Notes: generated by a model not told the origin, from the letters alone. Numbered from the stretch's first letter, positions 49,103 to 59,430 are shown. The stretch is DNA of 64,000 bases from Chitinophagaceae bacterium (GCA_031429335.1 JANOZK010000111.1:4701-68700), one strand, 5' to 3'. Translations and numbers: made by a program.

Positions 49103-49335
49103 TTTTGTTTCCCCCCAAATTTTATTTTTCTTTATGCATGGCATAAAGTTTTATAATGAATTAATGTTTCCAACGGTTTGTCCATTGCTCAACTTTACTG
49201 GCGTTGTTGTAAATCTTGCTGCCCAGCAGGTCACCCTTCAAGGTTCTGTTCACCATTCGACTTTTAAACCTACCCCAACCTAGCATTTTCTCACTTCAAG
49301 TTCATTTCGCCCCTCCTATGAGAGGAAGAATAAAA
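49103..49335 (-). promoter_or_regulatory. ~200-nt asd leader with several predicted helices (cis-regulatory RNA candidate, class unassigned)
   Basis: It lies between an upstream terminator (49355-49387) and the asd ATG. It contains AGGAGGGGCG..., GGUUGGGGUAGG, and CAACG-CCA...UGG-...CGUUG helices, plus a cuuuaugc-cau-gcauaaag hairpin just before a GGGGGGA SD-like run. Confidence 0.3.
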
Positions 49336-49354
49336 ATGATACTTTTTATACACA

Positions 49355-49387
49355 TTAAAAAAGCCTTCCAAATGTTAGGAAGGCTTT
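49355..49387 (-). terminator. Rho-independent terminator ~395 nt downstream of the helicase stop
   Basis: 10-bp stem aaagccttcc/ggaaggcttt with an 8-nt loop, followed on the minus strand by TTTTTTAA. Confidence 0.7.
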
Positions 49388-49781
49388 CAAACTTGTTTAT
49401 GTTGTACATATAAAGCTTACTCAACTTCCTTAATAAGGCTGTTTCTTAATAATCGTAATATGTTTATAGTTGTTCATTATGGTGCGAATGTAAAATTAAA
49501 AGTATTCAAAGCAAAAAAAAAATAAGCTATTGATTGTTAGTTGTATTAAAGTTCGGCCTTGTTTGTGAAGTTGAGAGTAAAGTTAAATAGCAATTTCGAT
49601 AATTTAGTGTCTCATCAATCCAAAAGCAATAGTGGTTGTTGAGACACGACACCACTAGAGAAATCGTTGATATAACATTTAACTATTAAAATTAATTTAA
49701 TTTCTAGAAATTATACTAAAAACTACAAAACCGATCTGCTTTTAAAAAGTAGAATGTTCAATATTACCTATATGAGTTAAC

Positions 49782-52139
49782 CTACTTAACAATTCTCAAC
49801 TTAGCATAGTTCAACATAATTTTTTTCTCACCATTGTTTTCAAAGTTAATAGTAGCAACAGGGTTGTGGGCACTACCTTCAACTTTAGTAACATTACCAA
49901 AACCAAACTTTTGGTGCTCTACACGTTGGCCTTCTTGCAAATTACTGGTATCGCTTGCTTCAAAATTGGTTGTTGGTATATGTTGTACTACTTTTTGTAC
50001 GGGTGGTATTTGTGCTAAAACATTTGTACGTACTTCTTTTTTAGCAGGTGCTGGGCCGTATCTTTTTTCAGCTTGTGCAGTATCTGTATAACCAGTTTGT
50101 GCAAAGCCACGGTTCATACGTTCAAAAGCAGTACCCATGTTGCCAAAGCCTTGATTTTTTGCTCCACCACCTGCAAAAGATTTATCTAAAAATTCTTCGG
50201 GCATTTCATCTAAAAAACGACTAGGTTCATTTTGTACCAATTGTCCAAATCTGTAACGTGAATTGGCATAGGTTATCCATAATTTTTGTTTGGCTCTGGT
50301 AACAGCAACATAAAATAATCTTCGTTCTTCTTCTAGTTCTTCTCTGGTATTAATGGCCATAGCATTTGGAAACAAAGTTTCTTCAACCCCTGCTACAAAT
50401 ACACAACCAAACTCTAAACCCTTGGCAGCATGAATGGTCATTAATTTTACTGCATCACTTAATTCTTTATTGCTATCATCGGCATCGGTTAATAAAGTAA
50501 TTTGCTGTAAATAAGCTCCTAAGCTTTTAGCACCTACTTCACCATCATCATTGTCGGGGCTTTCTGTCCATTCTTTAATTGAGTTCAATAGCTCTTGAAT
50601 GTTCTCGTACCTGGCTAAACCTTCGGTAGTTTTATCATTAAATAATTCTTTAACAATGTTGGTGTGTTTGCCAACTTGTGTTGCTACATCGTAGGCATTT
50701 TTATCGGTTAATAAACTTTGAAAGTAGCGAATCATCGTTACAAAATTTTGTAACGCCTCTAATGTGCCAGCCTTAAAACCAAACTCTGCAGCTCGTTCTA
50801 AAACATGGTACATGGTTATATTTTGTTCACTTGCAAAAATGGCTATTTTTTCTAAAGTAGTTTTGCCAATACCCCGTACTGGGTAATTGATGATTCTTCC
50901 CAAAGCAACTTCATCGGCCGTGTTTACAATTAAACGCAAGTAAGCCAATATATCTTTAATTTCTTTTCGTTGATAAAAACTTATCCCTCCATAAATTCTA
51001 TACACAATTCCTTGTTTGCGTAAGCTTTCTTCAAAGGCTCGGCTTTGTGCATTGGTACGATATAAAATGGCAAAATCTTTATTGCTGTAATGATTGCGTA
51101 ATTGTTGCTCTTTAATGCTATCGGCCACAAATTTTCCTTCTTCATTATCCGTCATGGTACGAATAATTTTTATTTTTTCACCTTGTTCATTTTCTGTCCA
51201 TAACTCTTTAGGTAATTGCCCTTTATTTTTTCCAATTACCTCGTTGGCAACTTTCAAAATGCTTTGTGTGCTTCTATAATTTTGTTCTAGTTTAACAACC
51301 TTAACGTCGTCGTAATCTTTTTGAAATTGCAAAATATTTTCGATGGTTGCACCTCTAAAAGAGTAAATACTTTGGGCATCATCGCCCACCACACAAATAT
51401 TTTCATGTACCGCTGCTAACAGTTTTGTAATTTGATACTGCACCGCATTGGTATCTTGGTACTCATCAATTAACACATATTTAAACTTGCGTTGGTATTT
51501 TACTAATGCTTCGTTATGCAATTTTAGTAACTCATACATTTTAAACAATAAATCATCAAAATCCATTGCCCCGTTTTTAAAACAACGATTTGCATAGGCT
51601 TTAAATATTTGTGCAATAGCTGGTCTATTGGCTCTCATATCTTCTTGCTGTAAGTAATAATCAACTGCATATTCATCGGGCCCAACTAACGAGTTTTTTG
51701 CACTAGAAATTCTATTGTGCACCACACTAGGTTTGTAATGTTTATCGTCTAAATTCAATTCATTTATCACCGTTTTTAATACACTTCGGCTGTCATCGGT
51801 ATCATAAATAGTAAAATTGCTGGGGTATCCTAAACGATGAGCTTCGGCTCTTAAAATTCGAGCAAAAACGCTGTGAAAAGTGCCAATAAATAAATTTCTT
51901 GCTTCGTTATTACCTAATATTTTTTCTATCCGTTCTTTCATTTCGGCAGCAGCCTTATTGGTAAACGTTAATGCTAAAATATTAAAAGCATCTACCCCAT
52001 TAGCCATTAAATTGGCAATACGTGTGGTAAGCACTTTCGTTTTTCCGCTACCTGCACCAGCAATAATCATTAATGGACCATTAATATGTATAACGGCTTC
52101 TTGTTGCTGTTCGTTCAATCCATCCAAAATATTGCTCAT
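49782..52139 (-). CDS. UvrD/PcrA/Rep-family ATP-dependent DNA helicase
   Basis: Walker A AGAGSGKT, DEYQDT, the QNYRS motif, and a C-terminal Tudor-like GQRVEHQKFGFGNVTKV. Confidence 0.92.
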   Translation of the reverse strand: MSNILDGLNEQQQEAVIHINGPLMIIAGAGSGKTKVLTTRIANLMANGVDAFNILALTFTNKAAAEMKERIEKILGNNEARNLFIGTFHSVFARILRAEAHRLGYPSNFTIYDTDDSRSVLKTVINELNLDDKHYKPSVVHNRISSAKNSLVGPDEYAVDYYLQQEDMRANRPAIAQIFKAYANRCFKNGAMDFDDLLFKMYELLKLHNEALVKYQRKFKYVLIDEYQDTNAVQYQITKLLAAVHENICVVGDDAQSIYSFRGATIENILQFQKDYDDVKVVKLEQNYRSTQSILKVANEVIGKNKGQLPKELWTENEQGEKIKIIRTMTDNEEGKFVADSIKEQQLRNHYSNKDFAILYRTNAQSRAFEESLRKQGIVYRIYGGISFYQRKEIKDILAYLRLIVNTADEVALGRIINYPVRGIGKTTLEKIAIFASEQNITMYHVLERAAEFGFKAGTLEALQNFVTMIRYFQSLLTDKNAYDVATQVGKHTNIVKELFNDKTTEGLARYENIQELLNSIKEWTESPDNDDGEVGAKSLGAYLQQITLLTDADDSNKELSDAVKLMTIHAAKGLEFGCVFVAGVEETLFPNAMAINTREELEEERRLFYVAVTRAKQKLWITYANSRYRFGQLVQNEPSRFLDEMPEEFLDKSFAGGGAKNQGFGNMGTAFERMNRGFAQTGYTDTAQAEKRYGPAPAKKEVRTNVLAQIPPVQKVVQHIPTTNFEASDTSNLQEGQRVEHQKFGFGNVTKVEGSAHNPVATINFENNGEKKIMLNYAKLRIVK

Positions 52140-52467
52140 GGGTGCAATTTAAGCAGCCCTAAAGTTTAAAACTAAATAGGTGTAAAACTTTATGCTAAAA
52201 TTTTTATACAAAGTATTTAGGGTTTTATAGAATAAAAGAGAAAAAATAATTAATTAAAGTTTTAATATTAAATAATAGAAAAAATATGCCCCCCTATAAA
52301 AATTAGGTTTCGTTCATTTTTATACTACTTAAAAATAGCTTTATTTACAATAAATGTGCTTTTAGTAAGCCAGTGCTTTAACGAAAATTAACTTTAAACA
52401 TTTGTTTATTAACCGCTTACATTTTAGGCTTCGTTTACATTTGTTCTTCAATTATAAAAGTTTACTT

Positions 52468-55275
52468 ATGTACCGTTTACTTCTTGCTCTGTTACTTTTA
52501 CCTGTTTTAATAAATGCACAAAAAAATAGTACTATTAAGGGCGTTGTTTTTGATACGCTTTCTAAAAAAGGACTTTCATATGCAACAGTTTCTTTGGTAA
52601 ATGCAAAAGATTCAACTTTAATCAACTTTACCAGAGCAGATTCAAATGGTGTGTTTATTTTAAAACAAGTTAAAAAAGGAAATTTTTTATTGTCTACCTC
52701 CTATGTAGGCTTTGCCTCTCTTTGGCAATCAATTAGTGTAACAGATGAGCGGGATTTAAATTTGGGCAAAGTTATTTTAACAGATTTGGCTCATAGTTCT
52801 GAAGTAACTGTAAATGCTAAACGTCCGCCAGTTGTAATTAATGGAGATACTTTAGAGTTTAATGCAGAGAATTTTAAAACACCCCCAAATGCTGTTGCAG
52901 AAGATTTATTAAAAAGAATGCCAGGAGTAACAGTAGATGGCGATGGCACCATTAGAGTAAATGGCCAAAAAGTAAACCGTGTATTTGTAAATGGAAAAGA
53001 TTTTTTTAATGGTGATCCCAAAATGGCTACTAAAAATTTAGATGCCGATGCAATAGATAAAGTACAAGTATTTGATAAAAAAAGCGACCGTTCAGAATTT
53101 ACAGGTGTTGATGATGGTAATAGCGAAAAAGCGATTAATTTAAAACTTAAAAAAGATAGAGATAATGCCGTTTTTGGACGTGTAGGTGCTGGTGTTGGAA
53201 CCAATGAACGATACGATGCTCAAAGCAATATCAATAAATTTAAAGGCGATAAACAAATTAGCTTTATTGGCATGGGCAATAATGTAAACAAACAAGGTTT
53301 TAGTTTAAGCGATGTAATGAATTTTACTGGCGAAATGAGAAATGGTATGCGTAATGGTGGGGGTATAAACATAAGAACCAATATGGACGATGCAGGTGGT
53401 GGGCTTCCGGTTACTGGGCTAGGGCAAAACCAACAGGGTGTTGCAACTACCTTAGCTGGTGGATTAAACTACAACAATGTTTTTAATAAAAAGAAAACAG
53501 AAATTAATGGAAGTTTTACTGTTAGCGATGTTGATTTAAACACCATCCGTACATCTGAGAAACAATATTTATTTCCAGGTAATAATTTTAATACTGAGGC
53601 ATCTGCCGTTAGCAGAAAAAAAGTACAACAACAACGTTTAAATTTAAGTATTAATCATAAAATTGATAGCTTTACATCGCTTAAAATTACCCCAGCTATT
53701 ACGTTTCAAAAACAACAATACACTAGCAATAGACAAACGGTTTCTGCCACAAGTGCCAAATTGCTCATGAACGATGGTTTTAATAATTCGACAACCAACT
53801 CAGAAGGTTTAGCATTTAGTAATGATTTTATTTTAAGAAAAAAATTTAGAAAGAAGGGTAGAACTTTTTCTTTTAGTGGTAATATAAATTTAAATAATAG
53901 CGATCAAGATGGAACACTAAACACCAAAAACACATTTTATACAAATGGAATATCGCCAAAAGACTCCATTTTTAACCAAATATATACTACCGATGCTACT
54001 ACCAACAGCTTTGGTGGAAACATTACTTATACAGAACCCATTAATAAAAGATCTTTAATTGAATTGAGTGCATTTTATAATACAACCATTGGTAAAAACA
54101 ATAGAAGTACACTCGATTTTAATAACACTACTGGCAAATACGATAAGTTTAACAACAGTTTGAGTAATAATTTTAATAACAATTACAATTACGAAGGTGG
54201 TAGCATTAATTATAGAGCCAATATAAAAAAATTAAGTTTAAGCACTGGAGCATCTTTACAAGTTGCATCGTTAACCAGTAGCAACTTAAGTAATAATACG
54301 ATTATTAAACAAAGCTTTACCGATGTATTGCCCAATGCTAGTTTAGGATATAAATTTACCAGCAGTAAAAATTTAAACTTCAATTATACCACTGGAACAC
54401 AACAACCATCTACTAGCCAATTACAACCCATTACAAATATTTCGGATCCTCTAAATATTATTGATGGCAATCCTAATTTAAGGCGTAGTTATAGCCATAA
54501 CTTAACCCTTAACTTTTTCTCAGCAAATTTTGCCAAGAAAAATAATTTATTTGCATTTGCAAGTTATATGGTTACTCAAAACGCAATTGTGTACGCCGAT
54601 GATTTTTCAGCAAATGGTGTGAGAAGCTCGAAACCCATTAATGCCAATGGAACGACTTACTTTTTTAGCAATATAAATTATGGCTTTCCTCTAAAGTTTT
54701 TAAATATTCGAGCCGAATTAAGTATGGGTGCCAATGTTACTAAAAACATTGCTTTTGTAAATGGTGCCGAAAATATTATTAACAACACAAGCCTTAGCCC
54801 AACTTTAAGATTGAGCTATTTTAAAGATAAAGTAATTGATATACAAACTAGTGCCAACTTGCGTATTAATAGAGCCACTTACACCTTACAACCACAGTTA
54901 AACAATAATTTTCTTACACAAGTTTATCAAACAGAAGTTACCAATTATTTACCTTGGGGTTTAATATTAAACAACAATTTAAATTATAGTATTAATACTG
55001 GCCGTGGCGATGGCTTTAACACAGACATTCCTTTTTGGAACACTTCTATTGCAAAAGGATTTATGAAAAACAAAAGACTTGAAGCAAAGTTTAGTGTATT
55101 TGATGTTTTAAATAGAAACATTGGTATTAACCGCAACGTTAACCAAAACTATATTGAAGATTTAAGTTACAATGTTTTGCAGCGTTACTTTTTACTTTCT
55201 TTTACTTTTAGATTACATAAAGCAGGTGGTAGTACCACTGGTGGTGTAACATTAAGAACCATTAATACCAACTAA
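52468..55275 (+). CDS. TonB-dependent-receptor-like outer-membrane beta-barrel protein with a carboxypeptidase-regulatory-like N-domain
   Basis: The ATG at 52468 gives the signal peptide MYRLLLALLLLPVLINAQ. IKGVVFDTLSKKGLSYATV and a plug-like GDTLEFNAENFK...VNGK follow, then a long N/S/T-rich barrel. Confidence 0.8.
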   Translation: MYRLLLALLLLPVLINAQKNSTIKGVVFDTLSKKGLSYATVSLVNAKDSTLINFTRADSNGVFILKQVKKGNFLLSTSYVGFASLWQSISVTDERDLNLGKVILTDLAHSSEVTVNAKRPPVVINGDTLEFNAENFKTPPNAVAEDLLKRMPGVTVDGDGTIRVNGQKVNRVFVNGKDFFNGDPKMATKNLDADAIDKVQVFDKKSDRSEFTGVDDGNSEKAINLKLKKDRDNAVFGRVGAGVGTNERYDAQSNINKFKGDKQISFIGMGNNVNKQGFSLSDVMNFTGEMRNGMRNGGGINIRTNMDDAGGGLPVTGLGQNQQGVATTLAGGLNYNNVFNKKKTEINGSFTVSDVDLNTIRTSEKQYLFPGNNFNTEASAVSRKKVQQQRLNLSINHKIDSFTSLKITPAITFQKQQYTSNRQTVSATSAKLLMNDGFNNSTTNSEGLAFSNDFILRKKFRKKGRTFSFSGNINLNNSDQDGTLNTKNTFYTNGISPKDSIFNQIYTTDATTNSFGGNITYTEPINKRSLIELSAFYNTTIGKNNRSTLDFNNTTGKYDKFNNSLSNNFNNNYNYEGGSINYRANIKKLSLSTGASLQVASLTSSNLSNNTIIKQSFTDVLPNASLGYKFTSSKNLNFNYTTGTQQPSTSQLQPITNISDPLNIIDGNPNLRRSYSHNLTLNFFSANFAKKNNLFAFASYMVTQNAIVYADDFSANGVRSSKPINANGTTYFFSNINYGFPLKFLNIRAELSMGANVTKNIAFVNGAENIINNTSLSPTLRLSYFKDKVIDIQTSANLRINRATYTLQPQLNNNFLTQVYQTEVTNYLPWGLILNNNLNYSINTGRGDGFNTDIPFWNTSIAKGFMKNKRLEAKFSVFDVLNRNIGINRNVNQNYIEDLSYNVLQRYFLLSFTFRLHKAGGSTTGGVTLRTINTN

Positions 55276-55429
55276 AAAAATACCACCACAATAAGACTAA
55301 AGTGGTGGTTTAAACTAAACTAAACTGTATTAAGGTTCAATTAACAGAAAGATACTTTTGCTTAAATAAATGTTGCCTACATTATTTTTTTGTAAATCAA
55401 TTATTAAAAAAATCTTCTTTTATTTGCAA

Positions 55430-55999
55430 ATGGAAAAAGGAAAAATCATCATCATCACTGCTCCATCTGGTGCAGGAAAAACCTCAATCACCAAACATTT
55501 GCTCAGCCAATTTCCATCATTGTGTTTTTCTATTTCGGCTGCAACAAGAAATGCTAGAGAAGGAGAAAAAAATGGAGTTGATTATTATTTTGTTCCCCTT
55601 GCCGAATTTCAACAAAAAATAAACGAACATGCATTTGCAGAATGGGAAATGGTATATGAAGGTAAATATTATGGTACACTAAAAGCAGAATTAGAGCGTA
55701 TTTGGCAATTGGGCAAAACCCCCGTTTTAGACATTGATGTTAAAGGTGCCATACATATACAACAACAATATCCAAACCAAACTTTATCGTTATTTATACA
55801 ACCACCTAGTATTGAAGAATTACAAAGAAGGTTGGCAAGCCGTGGTACAGAAACCCCAGAAACCATTGCTACAAGGGTAAATAAAGCTGCTTACGAAATA
55901 TCGTTTAGCAAACATTTTGATAATATTATTATAAACGAGCAATTAAACAAAGCTTTTGAACAAGCCGAACAAGTGGTTGCAACATTTTTACAACAATAA
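55430..55999 (+). CDS. gmk: Guanylate kinase
   Basis: The ATG at 55430 gives MEKGKIIIITAPSGAGKTS. The REGEKNGVDYYF and YYGT motifs are present. Confidence 0.92.
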   Translation: MEKGKIIIITAPSGAGKTSITKHLLSQFPSLCFSISAATRNAREGEKNGVDYYFVPLAEFQQKINEHAFAEWEMVYEGKYYGTLKAELERIWQLGKTPVLDIDVKGAIHIQQQYPNQTLSLFIQPPSIEELQRRLASRGTETPETIATRVNKAAYEISFSKHFDNIIINEQLNKAFEQAEQVVATFLQQ

Positions 56000-56065
56000 A
56001 AAAGCTGCATAAAAAAAGTAAATACTTTTCTTATACAGCCTTTTAAGTTAAAGTATATGCTATTA

Positions 56066-56758
56066 TTAGTTATTGGTAATAATTGTTGCTCCCAACATAT
56101 TGGTATTACCGGTTGGTACTGTTACATAACCACGTGCAAAAATGGTATAAATTTTACCACTTGCAAGTACCACATTTGGAATGGTTAGCACTCCAGCATT
56201 GTTGCTAGCTAATCTAACTTGTAAACTGTATGTTCCAGCATCTACTGGTAAAAACGCTGTAGCACCTTTGTAAACGATATTAGTAAATAAATTACTTGTT
56301 TGGCCAGTAACACCAACATTTACAGCTGGTGCATCAGGACTTAAATGTATAACACGTACATGAGCTTTGCCAGTTGCTGGTGCTGTTAAATCATCTACAA
56401 AAGCAGCTAACTCAACCCCAGAATTAGCAGCTGCAGTTGTATTAATTGCAAAAAACGAATAATTTTTACTTGCCTCAACAGTAAAATTGGCATTTATTGC
56501 ACTTGTGGCTGTACCAGCTGCATTTATTTTAAAACCTCTTGCACCAGAATTTACAGTAATATAACTAGTACTATTTGGGAAAGTTAAAGCAGCGGTATTT
56601 TGCTTTACGTCATCCACTAATAAATCTACGCCACCTACTGTAGGGGAAGCATGAGTTACTAAAACTCGTCCAGGAGCAGGGGCTTCATCTTCTTTTGTAC
56701 AAGATTGAAATACGGTTATTGCAGCAAGTGCAAGTGTTGTTAATCTAAATAATTTCAT
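56066..56758 (-). CDS. DUF4397-domain lipoprotein
   Basis: Lipobox FQSC. Two repeats of the V.V.H.SP.ap.V(D/N) pattern (VLVTHASPTVGGVDLLVDD; VRVIHLSPDAPAVNVGV). Confidence 0.7.
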   Translation of the reverse strand: MKLFRLTTLALAAITVFQSCTKEDEAPAPGRVLVTHASPTVGGVDLLVDDVKQNTAALTFPNSTSYITVNSGARGFKINAAGTATSAINANFTVEASKNYSFFAINTTAAANSGVELAAFVDDLTAPATGKAHVRVIHLSPDAPAVNVGVTGQTSNLFTNIVYKGATAFLPVDAGTYSLQVRLASNNAGVLTIPNVVLASGKIYTIFARGYVTVPTGNTNMLGATIITNN

Positions 56759-56909
56759 TATATAGTTTTTAATTGTTCAGATTTAAAACAAGAATTTAGC
56801 CAATTGGTTCAGTATATTTAGTTGTATATATTCCCATTGGCTATAGTAAAAAAAATTTAATGAAGCAGCGTTTTTAAATGTTTATTATATTACACAAAAT
56901 TTAAAAAGT

Positions 56910-57725
56910 ATGTTTAACAACAAAACTGTTTTTATTACTGGTGCTAGTCGTGGCATTGGTAAGGCAATGGCATTAAAATTAGCTGCTAGTGGTGCAAATA
57001 TTGTTATTGCTGCGAAAAGTGCAGAAGAAAACCCTAAACTAGGTGGTACCATTTTTAGTGCAGCCAAAGAGATTGAAGCAGCTGGTGGTAAAGCATTACC
57101 TATACAAACCGATATTAGATTCGAAGATCAAATTGCTGCTGCTGTTGCTAAAACTGTTGAAACATTTGGTGGTATTGATATAGTAATTAATAATGCATCA
57201 GCCATACAACTTACTGGAACTGCACAAACAGAAGCCAAAAAATTTGATTTAATGCAAAGCATTAATGTACGTGGTACTTTTTTGGTAGTTCAACACTGTT
57301 TACCTTATTTAAAAAAAGGAAACAATGCACACATACTTACCTTATCGCCACCGATTAATATTTTACCAAAATGGTTAGGGCCGCATGTTGCCTATACCAT
57401 TACAAAATATAATATGAGTATGATGGCTATGGCTTGGGCAGCAGAATTTAAAAAAGATGGTATTGCCAGTAACGCACTTTGGCCAAGAACAACCATTGAT
57501 ACAGCAGCAGTAAGAAATTTATTAGGTGGTGAAGCCTTGGCTAAAATGAGCAGAACAGTTGATATTTTAGCAGATACCGCTTACTATATTTTAAGCAAAC
57601 AAAATTTAGAATATACAGGTAATACATTTATTGATGAAGATGTTTTAACAAAAGAAGGGATCACAAATTTTGATAAATACTCGGTTGTGCCTGGTGGTCA
57701 ATTATACCAAGATTTATTTATTTAA
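56910..57725 (+). CDS. Short-chain dehydrogenase/reductase (SDR)
   Basis: TGASRGIG cofactor motif, NNAS, catalytic Y-x-x-x-K (YTITK). Confidence 0.88.
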   Translation: MFNNKTVFITGASRGIGKAMALKLAASGANIVIAAKSAEENPKLGGTIFSAAKEIEAAGGKALPIQTDIRFEDQIAAAVAKTVETFGGIDIVINNASAIQLTGTAQTEAKKFDLMQSINVRGTFLVVQHCLPYLKKGNNAHILTLSPPINILPKWLGPHVAYTITKYNMSMMAMAWAAEFKKDGIASNALWPRTTIDTAAVRNLLGGEALAKMSRTVDILADTAYYILSKQNLEYTGNTFIDEDVLTKEGITNFDKYSVVPGGQLYQDLFI

Positions 57726-57750
57726 CGTAAATAGAGTTTTGTAAAAATGA

Positions 57751-57779
57751 AAAAGCAAGTCTAGAGTTGACTTGCTTTT
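57751..57779. terminator. Bidirectional terminator between convergent genes
   Basis: aaaagcaagtc-tagagtt-gacttgctttt, with A/T runs on both sides. Confidence 0.7.
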
Positions 57780-57789
57780 TTATGTGGTT

Positions 57790-58020
57790 TTACTTTTTTA
57801 ACGGCTCTAACAAATATCGCAAACCATTTAAGTTTATTTCATACATAGTACTTAATTGCATACCCAATTTGCCTTTAGGAAATCCTTTACTTGCAAACCA
57901 TTCTATATAAAATTCGGGTAACTCACAAATTAATCGATCTTTATATTTACCAAAAGGCATTTTGCTTTTTACCAATTCTTGTAATGAATTATGATCAAAT
58001 AAGGGTTCCTTCTCTTGCAT
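57790..58020 (-). CDS. DUF3820-family protein
   Basis: MPFGKYKDRLICELPEFYIEWFASKGFPKGKLG matches my recollection of the DUF3820 signature. Confidence 0.6.
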   Translation of the reverse strand: MQEKEPLFDHNSLQELVKSKMPFGKYKDRLICELPEFYIEWFASKGFPKGKLGMQLSTMYEINLNGLRYLLEPLKK

Positions 58021-58068
58021 AAAACTATGACTTCTTTTTTTAAGTTATACCAATGTGAATTTTAATTT

Positions 58069-58153
58069 AGACCAAAATTTTCAGGTACAATGCCGATTGG
58101 ATAGCTGTTTAGACCAATTTATTTAGTCTTCTACAGATATAGGTTCGGTATTA
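58069..58153 (+). repeat. Intergenic repeat family R, copy 2
   Basis: agaccaaaattttcaggtacaatgccgattggatagctgtttagaccaatttatttagtcttctacagatataggttcggtatta; see the copies at 15790-15874 and 7149-7224. Confidence 0.85.
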
Positions 58154-58188
58154 AAATCGCACTTAAATTATTTGAGGAAAAAACCATT

Positions 58189-59286
58189 TTAAAACCATCC
58201 TCTTTTTTTAAAAATAAGAACCATAACCACTGGAATAAAAATCATAACTGCCACCGTACTATAAAACCCCCAAGCTTGATGTGCAATAGGTATAACATCG
58301 AAGTTCATTCCAAAAATGCCCCCAATAACGGTTGCTGGAGCCAATAAACAAGTTACAACAGCCATTACTTTCATCACTTCATTCATACGTAAGTTTACAT
58401 TACTTAAATATAAGTCTTGTAAGTTCATCATCATATCTCGGTAGTTTTCTGCAAATTCATTAGCTTGTAAAATGTGGTCGTACACATCTTTAAAATATTT
58501 CGTGGTTCTTTCCTCCAAAAGTTCGTTATCGCTTTTAATAAAGCCATTAATTATATCTCTAACTGGCGATACGTTTCGTTTAAAAACAATCAACTCTTTT
58601 CTTAAATCGTTTATTTCAGCTAATGCCCTTGTATTACTATTTCTAATGATTTTTTCTTCTAATAATTCTATTCGCTCGGCCAATTTTTCCATAACTAAAA
58701 AGTAGTGATCTACAATCATGTCTAATAATGCATAGCACAAATAATCGGCATCATTTTGACGTATTTTAGTACTTGAAAATTTTAGTTTTTCTCTCAAGGC
58801 ATTAAACGCATCTCGTTCTGGATCTTCTTGAAAAGATATAATGATGTTTTTGCCCAATACTATACTTATTTGTTCTTGTTCTACATCACCTGTTTTATCG
58901 TTGAAATAAAGCATGTTTAATAAACAGTACAACATATTGTCCATTTCGTCCATCTTTGGTCGTTGGCCAATACTTAAAATATCTTCTACAATAAGTGGGT
59001 GTATATTATAATGGTAACAAATTTTTTCGATTTCATCTTTTTTTATTCCTTCTATATTTATCCATTTAGTACTATTGGTATTTTTAAATAAAAGGCATTG
59101 TTGAACATTCGTAAAATGATGCTGCTCAAAAGTTTCGGCTGTATAATCATACACTTCTATATTAATATTTTCGGGCTCTATTCTTTGTGTTGGCAAAGTA
59201 GGATTTGCATTAAAAATATCTCTTGTACGCTTAGTATCGAACAACGAAAAAAGATTAAAATATTTTAAATACTTGTTGGGCTGCAT
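58189..59286 (-). CDS. corA: CorA-family magnesium/cobalt transporter
   Basis: The ATG at 59286 gives MQPNKYL.... The C-terminal TM pair carries the GIFGMNF signature. Confidence 0.9.
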   Translation of the reverse strand: MQPNKYLKYFNLFSLFDTKRTRDIFNANPTLPTQRIEPENINIEVYDYTAETFEQHHFTNVQQCLLFKNTNSTKWINIEGIKKDEIEKICYHYNIHPLIVEDILSIGQRPKMDEMDNMLYCLLNMLYFNDKTGDVEQEQISIVLGKNIIISFQEDPERDAFNALREKLKFSSTKIRQNDADYLCYALLDMIVDHYFLVMEKLAERIELLEEKIIRNSNTRALAEINDLRKELIVFKRNVSPVRDIINGFIKSDNELLEERTTKYFKDVYDHILQANEFAENYRDMMMNLQDLYLSNVNLRMNEVMKVMAVVTCLLAPATVIGGIFGMNFDVIPIAHQAWGFYSTVAVMIFIPVVMVLIFKKRGWF

Positions 59287-59398
59287 AATTTCATAGCTTT
59301 TAAGAAAGTACAATATCTGAAATATTTATTTAAAAAAAGCCTTTCTCTTTATTTTTAAAATTTTAGCCTTAAGATTTCAGAGTAGACAATATTTTTTT

Positions 59399-59430
59399 AC
59401 AAAAAAAATCCCATTTTAAAAAATGGGATT
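59399..59430 (-). terminator. Rho-independent terminator of the acyl-CoA dehydrogenase gene
   Basis: aatcccattt-taaa-aaatgggatt, followed on the minus strand by TTTTTTTT. Confidence 0.75.

Noticed and set aside
49103-49144. N-terminal extensions offered by the ORF track (asd 49144, gmk 55370, OM barrel 52402, fabD 16865, alaS 23947, corA 59313, MarR 61919, PhyH-like 63271, SRPBCC 11054, GIY-YIG 8987)
   Set aside because: The extended starts are TTG or out-of-context codons. Internal ATGs reproduce the canonical N-termini or signal peptides of the families.
49103-49335. Firm call of a lysine riboswitch upstream of asd
   Set aside because: Only loose motif resemblance was found. The key conserved elements, as I recall the Rfam consensus, are absent or altered, and I could not build the five-helix junction by hand. 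It is kept only as an unassigned leader candidate.
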